From Spirochaetia bacterium (GTDB taxonomy: Bacteria > Spirochaetota > Spirochaetia > SZUA-6 > Bin103): DNA of 64,000 nucleotides. How positions within the stretch are numbered: the stretch's first letter is position 1; each line of letters starts with the position of its first letter. The stretch lies in NCBI GenBank assembly GCA_965199955.1, contig CBDATQ010000001.1, positions 224,001 to 288,000 on the forward strand, written 5' to 3'. The position numbers and the translations under genes are program-made. This document shows positions 49,341 through 59,354 of this stretch, piece by piece. A model generated the notes under the pieces. That model saw nothing but the letters and a program-made list of their open reading frames with translations. It did no database searches and had not been told where the DNA came from.

Positions 49341-50819
49341 ATGTACGACCCCGACCTGCACCTGTTCGTCGACGACGACCGCATCCACCAGATCATCAAC
49401 CTGCGCCGCGTGCTCAACCGGCCGGCCTTCACGACAGAGCCGGTGGTGCAGGGTGACGCCGAGTGGGAGCTCGGCTGCGGGATCGTCGCCTGGGGCTCGG
49501 TGATCCGCGAGGAGGACGGCCGCCTGCGGCTCTGGTACCAGCTCAACGACTACGTCAACCGGCAGGTGGCCAACGCCTACGCGGAGAGCAGCGACGGCAT
49601 CCACTGGGAGAAGCCCGAGCTGGGGCTGATCGAGTGGCGCGGCAGCACGCGCAACAACCTCTACTTCCGGTTCCCGCCCGATCTGGCGCCCGGCAACGTC
49701 AACGCCATGGACGGCTACACCATGGTCCGCGACGACGACGCTCCGCCGGCCGAGCGCTACGCGATGATCGCCTTCATGCACGACAACCGCATGTGGGCGC
49801 GCGCCCACCCGGACCAGCACGACCGTTACATCACCGACGAGGAGATCGAGCTGGCGAGCCGGGCCAGCGGCCTGTACCTGTGGAAGAGCCCCGACGGCAT
49901 CCACTTCACGGGCGCGCCGGAGTTCATCCAGCCCACCCACGGCGACTACCTCAAGGTGGTCCGCGACCACCGCAACGCGCGCTGGATGATCAACATGCGC
50001 GCGCCCTCCTACCGGAACCCGGAATCCGGCCACCGGCACCGGCGCAACGTCGGCCTGGCCACCTCCACCGACCTGCGCACCTGGTCGCCGATCGAGTCGC
50101 TGTTCCTGAACGACGCCGACAGCGCCTTCGGCCGCCTGTGGGAGTGGCACGGGCTGACGCCGTTCAACTACGGCGACATGGACCTGGGCTTCCTGGACAT
50201 CCAGGACAGCGTCTTCCCGACCGGCATCTGCGAGCTGGTCAGCCACCGCGACGGCCAGCCGTGGCGGCGCGTCGCCCCGGACCGGCCCTTCCTGGACAAC
50301 GGACCCGAGGGCGCCTACTACCGCGCCGGCGGCATGCCCCTGCACAACGAGCCGATCGTCGTGAACGACGAACTGCTGCTCTACTTCAACACCGGCTCGT
50401 CGCGGCGGCCGGACGAGCGGCCGATCCATCCACGCGTGATCGGCGCGGCGAAGATCCGCCTGGATCGCTGGATGTCACTGTCGCACGGCCATTGGAAGAC
50501 CCGCGAGCCGACCGGCATTGTCGTCACCAAGCCGGCCGTGATCGCCGGCGAAACCCTGGAGGTCAACGTCGAGACCCGCTGGGAGTCGGTGCCGCGCGGC
50601 GGCAGCGTCCGCGTCGGCGTGCTCAACCCGGACGGCACCGTGATCGACGGGTACGGGCTGGACGACTGTGAACCCGTGCAGGGCAACCACCTCCGCGAAC
50701 GGGTGCGGTGGCGCGACCACGCCGACCTGAGCGGCCTGCGCGACTGCACCGTGATGCTGGTGTTCGGGGTCGAGCAGGCGTCCCTGTACAGCTACCGGCT
50801 GGCGGTGCGCGAGCCGTAG
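49341..50819 (+). CDS. Five-bladed beta-propeller glycoside-hydrolase-like protein (GH32/43/130 clan-like)
   Basis: LFVDD, repeated Asp-box-like S.DGIHW / STDL.TW, R.DRWMSL, C-terminal beta-sandwich. Confidence 0.65.
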   Translation: MYDPDLHLFVDDDRIHQIINLRRVLNRPAFTTEPVVQGDAEWELGCGIVAWGSVIREEDGRLRLWYQLNDYVNRQVANAYAESSDGIHWEKPELGLIEWRGSTRNNLYFRFPPDLAPGNVNAMDGYTMVRDDDAPPAERYAMIAFMHDNRMWARAHPDQHDRYITDEEIELASRASGLYLWKSPDGIHFTGAPEFIQPTHGDYLKVVRDHRNARWMINMRAPSYRNPESGHRHRRNVGLATSTDLRTWSPIESLFLNDADSAFGRLWEWHGLTPFNYGDMDLGFLDIQDSVFPTGICELVSHRDGQPWRRVAPDRPFLDNGPEGAYYRAGGMPLHNEPIVVNDELLLYFNTGSSRRPDERPIHPRVIGAAKIRLDRWMSLSHGHWKTREPTGIVVTKPAVIAGETLEVNVETRWESVPRGGSVRVGVLNPDGTVIDGYGLDDCEPVQGNHLRERVRWRDHADLSGLRDCTVMLVFGVEQASLYSYRLAVREP

Positions 50820-51718
50820 GCGCCGCCCTCGTCGCGGGCGAACCACCGCACCGGATGCGCCGATTCGCGCTCCCGGAACGCTCCGGTCGCCGGCTCCACC
50901 AGCCGCTGCTGCACGCGCCCGTCGGTGCCGGCCAGCAGCCAGCCGAAGTCCCAGCCTCCCGACCGGTAACGCAGCGGGACCGCTGGCGCGACCCGTACCA
51001 GCGGATGCGTCCCGGCCACCACCGTGCCCGACTGCGTCATGTGCCAGCTCGCCCCGACGTGCACGAACACCTCGTGCGGCGTGGCGTCTCCCAGGTCCGC
51101 GCACAGGCCGCTGACGGCCACCTTGAGCTCAAGGCCTTGCTGCAGCGCCTCGCCCAGCGCCTCGACCGAGCCGGAGCGCACGGCGCCGCGCTCGTCGTGC
51201 GCCAGCACTTCGCGCCAGCGTTCGCTGACGCAGAACCGGTAGCGGTCGAACCGGTACACGAAGTTGTGGCTGGGAGCCCGCGTCCCCTGGTCATGGGCGT
51301 CGAGCACTCGATACTTGATCGGCCACGCGCCCTGCCCGGCGGGCTCCGGCGCCGGGGCAGCGCTGTCGAGCCGTGGAGAGGCGCATGCCTGCGATCCGTC
51401 CTGGTTGTAGAGGAAGAATGACATGCGCGGCTCCGCTCCGAACGACACCGGCGTGATCGGCACCCGCCAGTTCATGATCGCCGCCACCCAGCGGTCGTCG
51501 AGCAGGTAGGTGACGCGGAACTCGGAGAGCTCGCGCACCGGCTCCGTGTTGGCCGACCCGGGCTCGATGTGCTCGTTCCAGGCGAACTCGGTGTAGATGC
51601 GCAGGTCGGCCCCGCGCCGTACCGTCGCCGCCAGCGCCGCCGGATCTCCCGCGACCGTGCGCCGGTCGGCGTCCAGCTCAAGCAGGCAGACGCCCGGGTC
51701 CGTCGGGCCGTCGGCCAT
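50792..51718 (-). CDS. Conserved hypothetical protein with internal two-fold similarity
   Basis: Two similar halves (LELDADR...GD..AL...GADLRI and LAHDERG...GS..AL...GLELKV); coding-like composition. Confidence 0.7.
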   Translation of the reverse strand: MADGPTDPGVCLLELDADRRTVAGDPAALAATVRRGADLRIYTEFAWNEHIEPGSANTEPVRELSEFRVTYLLDDRWVAAIMNWRVPITPVSFGAEPRMSFFLYNQDGSQACASPRLDSAAPAPEPAGQGAWPIKYRVLDAHDQGTRAPSHNFVYRFDRYRFCVSERWREVLAHDERGAVRSGSVEALGEALQQGLELKVAVSGLCADLGDATPHEVFVHVGASWHMTQSGTVVAGTHPLVRVAPAVPLRYRSGGWDFGWLLAGTDGRVQQRLVEPATGAFRERESAHPVRWFARDEGGAYGSRTASR

Positions 51719-52028
51719 CAGCGGTTTCTCAGCGCGTTCTCTCGTTCGCGGACTTCCACCAGCAGAGACTCCCGCGACGGTCGGATGGCGATGCGCTGCA
51801 ACTTCACCAGCATGAGCGCATCCTGCGCGCTCGGACAGCACGCTACAAGCACGGTGCGCGAGCGCTCACAGGCGCGGGACCGCCGCGGGCGACCTATACT
51901 GGAAACGACGAATGGAGCGATGGCAGCAGACGGCGAGCAGCGCGCCACCCTGTTCAGCGCAATGAGCCGGGGGCCGAGGTGCTCTCGCCGCAAGCCTGGG
52001 CGGAACGTTTCTATCCGGGAGAGGTCCG

Positions 52029-53819
52029 ATGACGCATGCACCGATCGCCGTGGTCACGCACCGCGACGACCCGAACCGGTTCCACCGCTACGTGGAGGAG
52101 ATCCTGCTGGCGGAAGGCTACCCGTGGTACCGGACGTACGACCTTGCCGACGGACCGCTGGAGGTGGACGCGTTGCGCGCCGCCGCGGTCGTCGTGGTCT
52201 GCGCCGTGACGCTCACCGCCGAGCAGGAAGACGAGATCGGCGCGCTGACAGCGGCCGGCGCGCGGGTGTTGCTGTTGCGCCCCGGCCACCGGCTTGCCCG
52301 CGCCTTCGGACTGGAGCCGTTCGAGGCGCTCGAGCCGCTGTCGTCCAGCGGCTGGCCGCAGGCCGGCGGACCGCTGATCCTGCGCGGCATGACCGACCGC
52401 TACGTGCAGGCCAACCCGGGCAACGCGCTGGCCGCGACACTGCCGGCGGCCGACCTGCAGTTCCACGAGCGCGCCGACCTGTACACGTGGCAGGGCGACG
52501 TCGCGGCGGTGGCGCTGTGGCTGGCCCCGTTCCTGGGGCAGCCGTCGCCGCACCCGGCCGTGGTCTGTACCCCGCACGGCGCCGGGCGGGCGGTCATCTA
52601 CACCTTCGACCTGGCCGCCTCCACCGTGCGCTTCCACCAGGGGCGCCCGGAACAGGCCAGCAACGGCGCCTACCCCGACTACGACGCCGACGGCATGTAC
52701 AAGGCCAACGACCTGTTCGTGGGCTGCCTGGACGAGCGGCTGATGGACCTTCCGCAGGCCGACCTGCACCAGGACCTGTTCGTGCGCGCCCTCCAGTGGC
52801 TGGCGCCCCATCCGCTGCCGCGCGTCTGGCACTACCCCGGGGACGCGCCGGCGGTGGCGCTGTTCGACGGCGACTCCGACGGCATGTCTCGGGAGCAGTA
52901 CGAGGCCACGATGGCCGTAGCCGACCGGCACGGCGTCCCCTACACCGTATACGTGATGAGTACCGACTACGGCGCGCTCTCGCCCGCGCGCCACGAGCAG
53001 ATCCGCGCCGCCGGGCACGGGGCCGGGCAGCACAACTGGAGCGGGCCGCGTCCCGAGCTCGAGGAGATGCGCGTGGGGCTGCGCGACCAGCTCGCCTCCT
53101 TCGAACGGCGCTACGGCTGCCGCGCGGTGAGCATCCGCGGCCACAGCACCATCTGGGTGGGCTGGACGGAGATGGCGCAGTACCTTGCCGCGGAGGGCAT
53201 CCGGATGGACGTGAACTTCGCGCCGATCCGTTACTTCGACCGCGGCTACCTGAACGGCAGCGGCCTCCCGGTCCGGTTCATGGACTCCGACGGCCGCTTC
53301 ATCGACCTGTACGAGCAGGTCACCATCTCCACCGACGACGGCTGGCGGACCGACAAGACGTTCCTGCCGGCCAGGTCGCTGGACGAGTGCATCGCCGACT
53401 CCCGGCGGCAGGCCGACGACGCGCGCGACCGCTACCACACCGTCTACCACCCCTACTTCCACCCGATCAGCCTGGACGCGCGCGGGCTGATGCCGTGGTT
53501 CGACGCGATGCTCGCCTGCACCGCGGACATCCCCCGCTTCTCCGACGTCGACTGGGTCGCCTTCAACGACGCCCGCCGGGCGCTGCGCCTGGAAGCGCTG
53601 GACTGGGACCCGCAGGCGCGAGCGCTCACCTTCGCCGTCCGTGCCGACGCCGCGGTCGACGGCGCCACGCTGGTGTTCGAAGGCGCCGCCGACTCCGCTA
53701 CGGTAGACGGCGAGCCGCTGCCGGTCACCTGCCGGGAACGGGAAGGCCGGGAGCAGTCGGCGCTGGTCGCCGAGCTGCCGCGCGGCGCGGTACGGCGCTT
53801 CAGCGTACGGTGGGGCTGA
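52029..53819 (+). CDS. Hypothetical protein with a polysaccharide deacetylase-like (NodB barrel) region
   Basis: GAGAGG SD; FDGDSD, TVYV, G.H, RGH, YFHP pattern. Confidence 0.65.
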   Translation: MTHAPIAVVTHRDDPNRFHRYVEEILLAEGYPWYRTYDLADGPLEVDALRAAAVVVVCAVTLTAEQEDEIGALTAAGARVLLLRPGHRLARAFGLEPFEALEPLSSSGWPQAGGPLILRGMTDRYVQANPGNALAATLPAADLQFHERADLYTWQGDVAAVALWLAPFLGQPSPHPAVVCTPHGAGRAVIYTFDLAASTVRFHQGRPEQASNGAYPDYDADGMYKANDLFVGCLDERLMDLPQADLHQDLFVRALQWLAPHPLPRVWHYPGDAPAVALFDGDSDGMSREQYEATMAVADRHGVPYTVYVMSTDYGALSPARHEQIRAAGHGAGQHNWSGPRPELEEMRVGLRDQLASFERRYGCRAVSIRGHSTIWVGWTEMAQYLAAEGIRMDVNFAPIRYFDRGYLNGSGLPVRFMDSDGRFIDLYEQVTISTDDGWRTDKTFLPARSLDECIADSRRQADDARDRYHTVYHPYFHPISLDARGLMPWFDAMLACTADIPRFSDVDWVAFNDARRALRLEALDWDPQARALTFAVRADAAVDGATLVFEGAADSATVDGEPLPVTCREREGREQSALVAELPRGAVRRFSVRWG

Positions 53820-53838
53820 TGGGCACGGGGGCCGGCCG

Positions 53839-54834
53839 ATGAGCTCGTTGCGCGACGTCCTGGCCTCCGACCGGGTGCTGCTCTACGACGGCGGCTTCGG
53901 GACGGAGCTGTTCGCGCGCGGCGTGGACCTGCCCAACAGCTCACTGGCCAACGAGCTCCATCCCGACGCGGTGCGCCAGGTCACGCGTGCCTACATCGAA
54001 GCGGGAAGCGACCTGGTGCAGAGCAACACCTTCGTGGCATCGCCGCTGCATCTGGCGATGGCCGGGCGCAGCGCCGAGGACTCCGCCGCGATCGTCCGCG
54101 CCGCGGTGCGGCTGGCGCGGGAGGCGGTCGAAGAGGGCGGACGGCCCGTGTTCGTCGCGGGCTCCATCGGCCCGTCGCCGGGCGCCATCGAGGCCGACGC
54201 GGGCGACACCACCTTCGGCATACCGGACGTCGAGGTGCGCGAGGCGCACCGCCTGGTGGCGGGGGCGCTTGCCTCGGCAGGCGCCGACCTGCTGTGCATC
54301 GAGACGATGTTCTCGGCCACCGAGGCGGCGATCGCGGTCGACGAGGCGCGTGCGTTCGGGTTGCCGGTCGCGGTCAACCTTACGCTCAAGTACACGCGTG
54401 ACCGCAAGAGCCGGGCGACCGTGTACCGCACCGACTGGGGACACTCGTGCGCCGACCTGCTGGACCTGCTGGCCTCGGGCGGCTACGCAGCCGACGGCGC
54501 CGACTTGCTGCCTTTCGTGGACGTGATCGGCGTGAACTGCGGCGCCGAGCAGCGCCGCGCGGAGCATACCGGGATGCCCTACGCGGCCGAGGCGATCCGC
54601 CAGATGCAGAGCGCCCTGGCCGAGCGCGGCATCGCCGGCAAGCGGCTGATGGCCTATCCCAACGCCGGCATGCCGAAGATCGTCGCCGGCGCCACCCACT
54701 ACGATCACACGCCCGGGCACATGGCCTCACACGCGCCCGAGGTGGTCGCCGCCGGCGCGTCGATCGTCGGCGGCTGCTGCGGCACCGGTCCGGAGCACAT
54801 CCGCGCCATGCGCACGGCGCTGGCCTCGGGCTGA
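53839..54834 (+). CDS. Stand-alone homocysteine S-methyltransferase family protein
   Basis: DGGFGTEL, SNTF, AGSIGP, IETM, GVNCG, YPNAG, GGCCGT zinc ligands. Confidence 0.88.
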   Translation: MSSLRDVLASDRVLLYDGGFGTELFARGVDLPNSSLANELHPDAVRQVTRAYIEAGSDLVQSNTFVASPLHLAMAGRSAEDSAAIVRAAVRLAREAVEEGGRPVFVAGSIGPSPGAIEADAGDTTFGIPDVEVREAHRLVAGALASAGADLLCIETMFSATEAAIAVDEARAFGLPVAVNLTLKYTRDRKSRATVYRTDWGHSCADLLDLLASGGYAADGADLLPFVDVIGVNCGAEQRRAEHTGMPYAAEAIRQMQSALAERGIAGKRLMAYPNAGMPKIVAGATHYDHTPGHMASHAPEVVAAGASIVGGCCGTGPEHIRAMRTALASG

Positions 54835-54923
54835 CCTCGGCCGCCCTGCACCGAAGCGGACGCCGCGCCCACGTGCGCGCCGCGTCCGCGTGAATCGGTG
54901 GCGCCGGGCTGCGCCCGGCTGCG

Positions 54924-55376
54924 TCAGCCTCCGCCGGGGCCGTGCTCACCGCCCGACTGAGGGCCGACCTCGGCGTGCGGGGTCCAGGCGGTGAAGCTCT
55001 GTCCCTCAGCGTCCAGCCGCACATCCATCGTCGCCCCGGCTGCCAGATCCCGCGGCGGCGTCGGGCCGAGCTCGACGCCGTTGTCCAGATGCACCTCGAC
55101 GCGTACCTGCTGCAGCGTCGCATCGGTGGTGTTCTCCACCGTGCCGATGAACGCCTGCGCCGTCGTGTCGTAGCTCATGATCAGCCGCGCGCCGTTGCGC
55201 ACCGTGTCGAACGTCTCGTCCAGCGCCAGCGCGGAGCCTCGCTCCTCGCCGCCGCCCTCGCCGCCTGCGCCATGCTCGCCGCCGCCTTCGCCGTTGCCGG
55301 AACAGCCGCCGATCGCGGCTGCCGACAGGAAGGCGACCAACGCCGCCGCCAGCATCATCCTCTTCGTGAAAAACAT
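54924..55376 (-). CDS. Lipoprotein with Gly/Glu/His-rich GEHG segments
   Basis: GGAGG SD, lipobox IGG-C, GEGGGEHG...GGEHG, beta-rich domain with VRVEVHL and HAEVG. Confidence 0.7.
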   Translation of the reverse strand: MFFTKRMMLAAALVAFLSAAAIGGCSGNGEGGGEHGAGGEGGGEERGSALALDETFDTVRNGARLIMSYDTTAQAFIGTVENTTDATLQQVRVEVHLDNGVELGPTPPRDLAAGATMDVRLDAEGQSFTAWTPHAEVGPQSGGEHGPGGG

Positions 55377-55402
55377 GGTTCCTCCCTGGGGTGTTGACCC
55401 CG

Positions 55403-55427
55403 GTCTCGTATGAGACATCCTGTCTCA
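55403..55427. promoter_or_regulatory. Palindromic operator candidate
   Basis: TGAGACA-TCC-TGTCTCA (55411-55427) plus a third half-site GTCTC (55403-55407). Confidence 0.5.
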
Positions 55428-55496
55428 AAGAAACGTTCCGAGGCGACCGACTTGCCGCTCATGCGGCCGGTCCGACAGACTCCCGCTCCTATACCG

Positions 55497-57098
55497 ATGG
55501 CGAAGCAGTCGAAGGATGCCCTGCACTGGGCCGACGCCACCGCGGAGCGGATCGTCCGCCAGCGGGGGGAACGGGACCGCTACGTGCTGGCGGCCGGCAT
55601 CACCCCGTCCGGGATCGTGCACTTCGGCAACATGCGCGAGATCATCACCCCGGAGCTGGTCGCGCGCGCCCTGCGCCGGGCGGGCTGCGAGGTGCGCTTC
55701 ATCTACCTGTGGGACGACTACGATCGGTTCCGCAAGGTGCCCGCGAACCTGGCCGGCGACGGCTGGGAGCGCTACATCGGCGCGCCGCTCTCGGAGATCC
55801 CCGATCCGTACGGCTCTGCCGCGAGCTACGCCCGCCACTTCGCAGGCGTATTCGAACAGCAGATGGCCCGGCTGGGGATCGAGCCGGAGTGGATCTCGCA
55901 GGCCGAGATGTACTCAAGCGGCGCCTACGCCGAAGGGGTGCGCACCGCGCTGTGCCACCGGCAGACGCTGCGCGAGATCCTGGACCGGCAACGCACCACA
56001 CCGCTCGCGGCCGACTGGTGGCCGGTGGAGGTGTACTGCGCCTGCGGCGCCGGGGCGGCGGGCACCGCCGTGCTGAGCTGGGACGGCGACTACGGGCTGA
56101 CCTACCGCTGCGCGGCCTGCGACGCCGAGCGGACGGCCGACCTGCGGCGCGGGGACGGCGTGAAGCTGGGCTGGCGCGTCGACTGGCCGATGCGCTGGGC
56201 CCACCACGGCGTCGATTTCGAGGCGGCCGGCAAGGACCACCACACCGCCGGCGGGTCCTGGGAGACCGCTGCGCCGATCGCCGGCGAGGTGTTCGGCAGG
56301 CCGCCGCCGGCCACGCTCAAGTTCGACTGGATCAACGTCCGCGGCGTGGGCACCATGGCGTCGTCGAGCGGCCAGTTGATCTCGCCCGCCGACGCGCTGG
56401 CGGTCTATCAGCCGGAGGTCGTCCGCTACCTGTTCGCGCGCACGCGCCCCGACCGCGAGTTCGAGATCTCCTTCGACCTGGACGTGCTGAAGACCTACGA
56501 GGACTACGACCGGGCCGGGCGCGTGGGCCGCGGCACGGAACCGGCTGCGGAGCCACGGCGGATACGCGAAGGCCGTGCGATCGAGTTGAGCGAGGTCGAC
56601 CCGGACGCGCCGCTCCCGGCCGGGCAGGTCGAGGTCTCGTTCCGCCACCTGTGCAGCCTGCTGCAGATCCACGACGGCGACATCGAAGGGGTCGTGGCAA
56701 GCCTGCTGAACGATGGCGCCGGCAGTGACGCCGGCGACCGGCTGCAGGACCGCGCCCGTTGCGCCTGGCACTGGATCACCACCCATGCGCCCGAAGGATT
56801 CCGCTTTCGGCTGCGCGATCCGGGCGCGCCTCCGGTTCCGGTGAGCGCGCCGGTGGCCGCCGCCGTCGCCGGCCTTCGTGAGCGGCTGGCCACTGACTCC
56901 TCCGACGCGAAGGCGGTGAACCAGGCCATCTACGACGTGGCGGCCGCGCACGGCATGGAGGCGCGGAAACTGTTCGCGGAGCTGTACCGGGTCCTGATCG
57001 ACCAGGACCGCGGACCCCGCCTGGCCGAGTTCATCCTCACGATCGGCGTGTCCCGCATCGATTCGCTGCTGGCCAACGTCGCGGCACGCGATGGCTGA
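55497..57098 (+). CDS. lysS: Class I lysyl-tRNA synthetase
   Basis: HWAD, GITPSGIVHFGN.RE, DDYD.FRKVP, KL.WRVDWPMRW, E..GKDH, MASSSG, GPRL. Confidence 0.95.
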   Translation: MAKQSKDALHWADATAERIVRQRGERDRYVLAAGITPSGIVHFGNMREIITPELVARALRRAGCEVRFIYLWDDYDRFRKVPANLAGDGWERYIGAPLSEIPDPYGSAASYARHFAGVFEQQMARLGIEPEWISQAEMYSSGAYAEGVRTALCHRQTLREILDRQRTTPLAADWWPVEVYCACGAGAAGTAVLSWDGDYGLTYRCAACDAERTADLRRGDGVKLGWRVDWPMRWAHHGVDFEAAGKDHHTAGGSWETAAPIAGEVFGRPPPATLKFDWINVRGVGTMASSSGQLISPADALAVYQPEVVRYLFARTRPDREFEISFDLDVLKTYEDYDRAGRVGRGTEPAAEPRRIREGRAIELSEVDPDAPLPAGQVEVSFRHLCSLLQIHDGDIEGVVASLLNDGAGSDAGDRLQDRARCAWHWITTHAPEGFRFRLRDPGAPPVPVSAPVAAAVAGLRERLATDSSDAKAVNQAIYDVAAAHGMEARKLFAELYRVLIDQDRGPRLAEFILTIGVSRIDSLLANVAARDG

Positions 57099-57816
57099 CC
57101 TGAAGGCCGAGATCGCCCGCGCGGCCGTAACGGCGCTGGTCCGCGACGGCCAGCGCCTGGGACTGGGGTCGGGCTCCACCGCGCTGGAAGTGATCCGCCG
57201 GGTCGGCGCCCAGGTCGCGGCCGGCCGCCTTTGCGGCCTGACCGTGGTGCCCACCAGCCGGCAGGCGCAAATCGCCTGCTGGGAGCTGGGGCTGTCGCCG
57301 GTGGGGCTGAGCGACCCGTCGGTGGGCGGCGAGGTGGACGTGCTGATCGACGGCGCCGACGAGGTGGACCCCGCCTGGCGGCTGACCAAGGGCGGCGGCG
57401 CGGCGCTTCTGACCGAGAAGATCGTCGCCGCCGTCGCGGCCCGCTACGCGGTCGTCGTGGACGACGGCAAGCTGGTCGACCGGCTCGGCACCCGGCGCCC
57501 GCTGCCGGTGGAGGTCGTCCCCGACGCCCTGGCCGTGGCCGAGCGGGCGCTCGCCCGGCTGGGACTTCCCGGAACGGTGCGCGAAGCGGTGCGCAAGGCC
57601 GGCCCGGTGATCACCGACCACGGCAACCTGATCATCGACGTGCAGCCGGCCGGCGCCTTCGACCCGGAAGCGGTCGAGCGCGAGCTCGCCACTGTGCCCG
57701 GCGTCGTCTGCGTTGGTATCTTCACGCGACCGGTGGACGATCTGTTCGTCGGCCGGAACGAAACCGACGTCACCCGGTACCGACCGGGGGAGGATGCACA
57801 TGCTGAGCGCAGGTGA
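57091..57816 (+). CDS. rpiA: Ribose-5-phosphate isomerase A
   Basis: LGSGST, VPTS, IDGADEVD, KGGGAALL.EK, PVEV, TDHGN. Confidence 0.95.
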   Translation: MADLKAEIARAAVTALVRDGQRLGLGSGSTALEVIRRVGAQVAAGRLCGLTVVPTSRQAQIACWELGLSPVGLSDPSVGGEVDVLIDGADEVDPAWRLTKGGGAALLTEKIVAAVAARYAVVVDDGKLVDRLGTRRPLPVEVVPDALAVAERALARLGLPGTVREAVRKAGPVITDHGNLIIDVQPAGAFDPEAVERELATVPGVVCVGIFTRPVDDLFVGRNETDVTRYRPGEDAHAERR

Positions 57817-58258
57817 CCCCGCGCCCGACTTCTCGCTGCAGGACCAGGACGGCAACACCCACAGCCTGGCCGACTACGCGGGCCGGCAGCTTCTGATCTA
57901 CTTCTATCCGCGGGCCGACACCCCCGGATGCACCCGGCAGTCGTGCTCGGTGCGCGACCACGCGGCCGACCTGACCGCGAAGGGCATCGCCGCCGTCGGC
58001 GTCAGCCCCGACGGTCCGGCCGCGCAGAAGCGATTCGACGACAAGTTCTCGCTGGGCTTCCCGCTGCTCTGCGACACCGATCGCGCGATGATCGACGCCT
58101 ACGGCGCGTGGGGCGAGCGCACGGTGTTCGGCAAGACCGGCATGGGCCTGATCCGCTCGTCGTTCCTGGTCGGCGCCGACGGAACGTTGCGCGGCGCCTG
58201 GTCGCCGGTGACGCCGGAAGACACGGTCCCGAACGCGCTGGCGGCAGCCGGGGGGTAA
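57800..58258 (+). CDS. bcp: Thioredoxin-dependent peroxiredoxin BCP
   Basis: APDFSL, YFYPRADTPGCTRQSC, GVSPD. Confidence 0.92.
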   Translation: MLSAGDPAPDFSLQDQDGNTHSLADYAGRQLLIYFYPRADTPGCTRQSCSVRDHAADLTAKGIAAVGVSPDGPAAQKRFDDKFSLGFPLLCDTDRAMIDAYGAWGERTVFGKTGMGLIRSSFLVGADGTLRGAWSPVTPEDTVPNALAAAGG

Positions 58259-58264
58259 GCCACG

Positions 58265-59341
58265 TTGCACGCCGCCCTGCTCCTGTCCGGCGGCGTCGAC
58301 AGTTCGGTGGCGCTGGTACGGCTGCAGGAGTCGGGCGCCCGCGTCACCGCCTTCTACCTCAAGGTCTGGCTCGAGGAGGAGTTGGCCGGTCTGGGCGATT
58401 GCCCGTGGCAGGAGGACCTGGAATACGCGCGCGCGGTCTGCGAGCAGCGGCGCGTGCCGCTGCACGTGGTCTCCGTCCAGCAGGAGTACCTGGAGCGCGT
58501 GCTGGACTACGTCGTGCGCGAGCTCCGCGCCGGCAACACGCCCAGCCCGGACCTGATGTGCAACCGCCACATCAAGTTCGGAGTGTTCACGGAGCGCTTC
58601 GCGGACGGCTTCGACACGGTCGCCACCGGCCACTACGCGCGCGTGGTCGACACCGGCGCCGGCCCGCGGCTGCGCACCGCCCCCGACCCCGTCAAGGATC
58701 AGACCTATTTCCTGGCCTACGTGAGCGAACGGCAACTCTCGCGCGCGGCGTTCCCGATCGGGGATTCGCCGAAGGCCGGCATCCGCGCCGAGGCGGCCGC
58801 GCACGGCCTGCCGACCCGCGCGCGGCCGGACAGCCAGGGCATCTGCTTCCTGGGCCGGATCAGCTACCGCGACTTCGTGCGCCGGCGGCTGGGCGAGCGG
58901 CCCGGGCCGATCGTGGAGCGGGAGAGCGGCCGCCTGCTCGGCGAGCATCGCGGCCATCACTTCTTCACGGTCGGCCAGCGGCAGGGACTGGGACTGGGGG
59001 CCGGCCCCTGGTATGTCGTGGACAAGGACCCGTCCGGCAACCGGGTCACCGTCAGCCGCGCGCCGGCCGCGCACGCGGACGGCGCCTTCGGACTGACCGG
59101 CGCCAACTGGATCGGCGGCGACGCGCCGGCCGGGCGGGTACGGGTCAAGGTCAGGCACGGGCCGGCCTCGCACGCCTGCACGGTCACCCCGACGGCCGTC
59201 CCGGACCGGGTGGTCGTGCGCGCGGACAGCCCGCTCACCGTCGCTTCCGGCCAGTTCGCGGTGCTCTACGACGGCGAGGAGTGCCGGGGGGGCGGCGTCA
59301 TCGAACCGCTGGCCGCGGACCCGACGGATGGCGGCTCGTGA
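58265..59341 (+). CDS. mnmA: tRNA 2-thiouridine(34) synthase
   Basis: SGGVDS, PD..CN..IKF, ATGHYA, KDQTYFL, DSQGICF, GQR.GLG, SGQ. Confidence 0.95.
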   Translation: MHAALLLSGGVDSSVALVRLQESGARVTAFYLKVWLEEELAGLGDCPWQEDLEYARAVCEQRRVPLHVVSVQQEYLERVLDYVVRELRAGNTPSPDLMCNRHIKFGVFTERFADGFDTVATGHYARVVDTGAGPRLRTAPDPVKDQTYFLAYVSERQLSRAAFPIGDSPKAGIRAEAAAHGLPTRARPDSQGICFLGRISYRDFVRRRLGERPGPIVERESGRLLGEHRGHHFFTVGQRQGLGLGAGPWYVVDKDPSGNRVTVSRAPAAHADGAFGLTGANWIGGDAPAGRVRVKVRHGPASHACTVTPTAVPDRVVVRADSPLTVASGQFAVLYDGEECRGGGVIEPLAADPTDGGS

Positions 59342-59354
59342 CCGCCGTGCCGGG

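Noticed and set aside
49167..55400. Integrative island inserted at the tRNA
   Set aside because: No integrase, no duplicated tRNA 3' end and no obvious compositional shift
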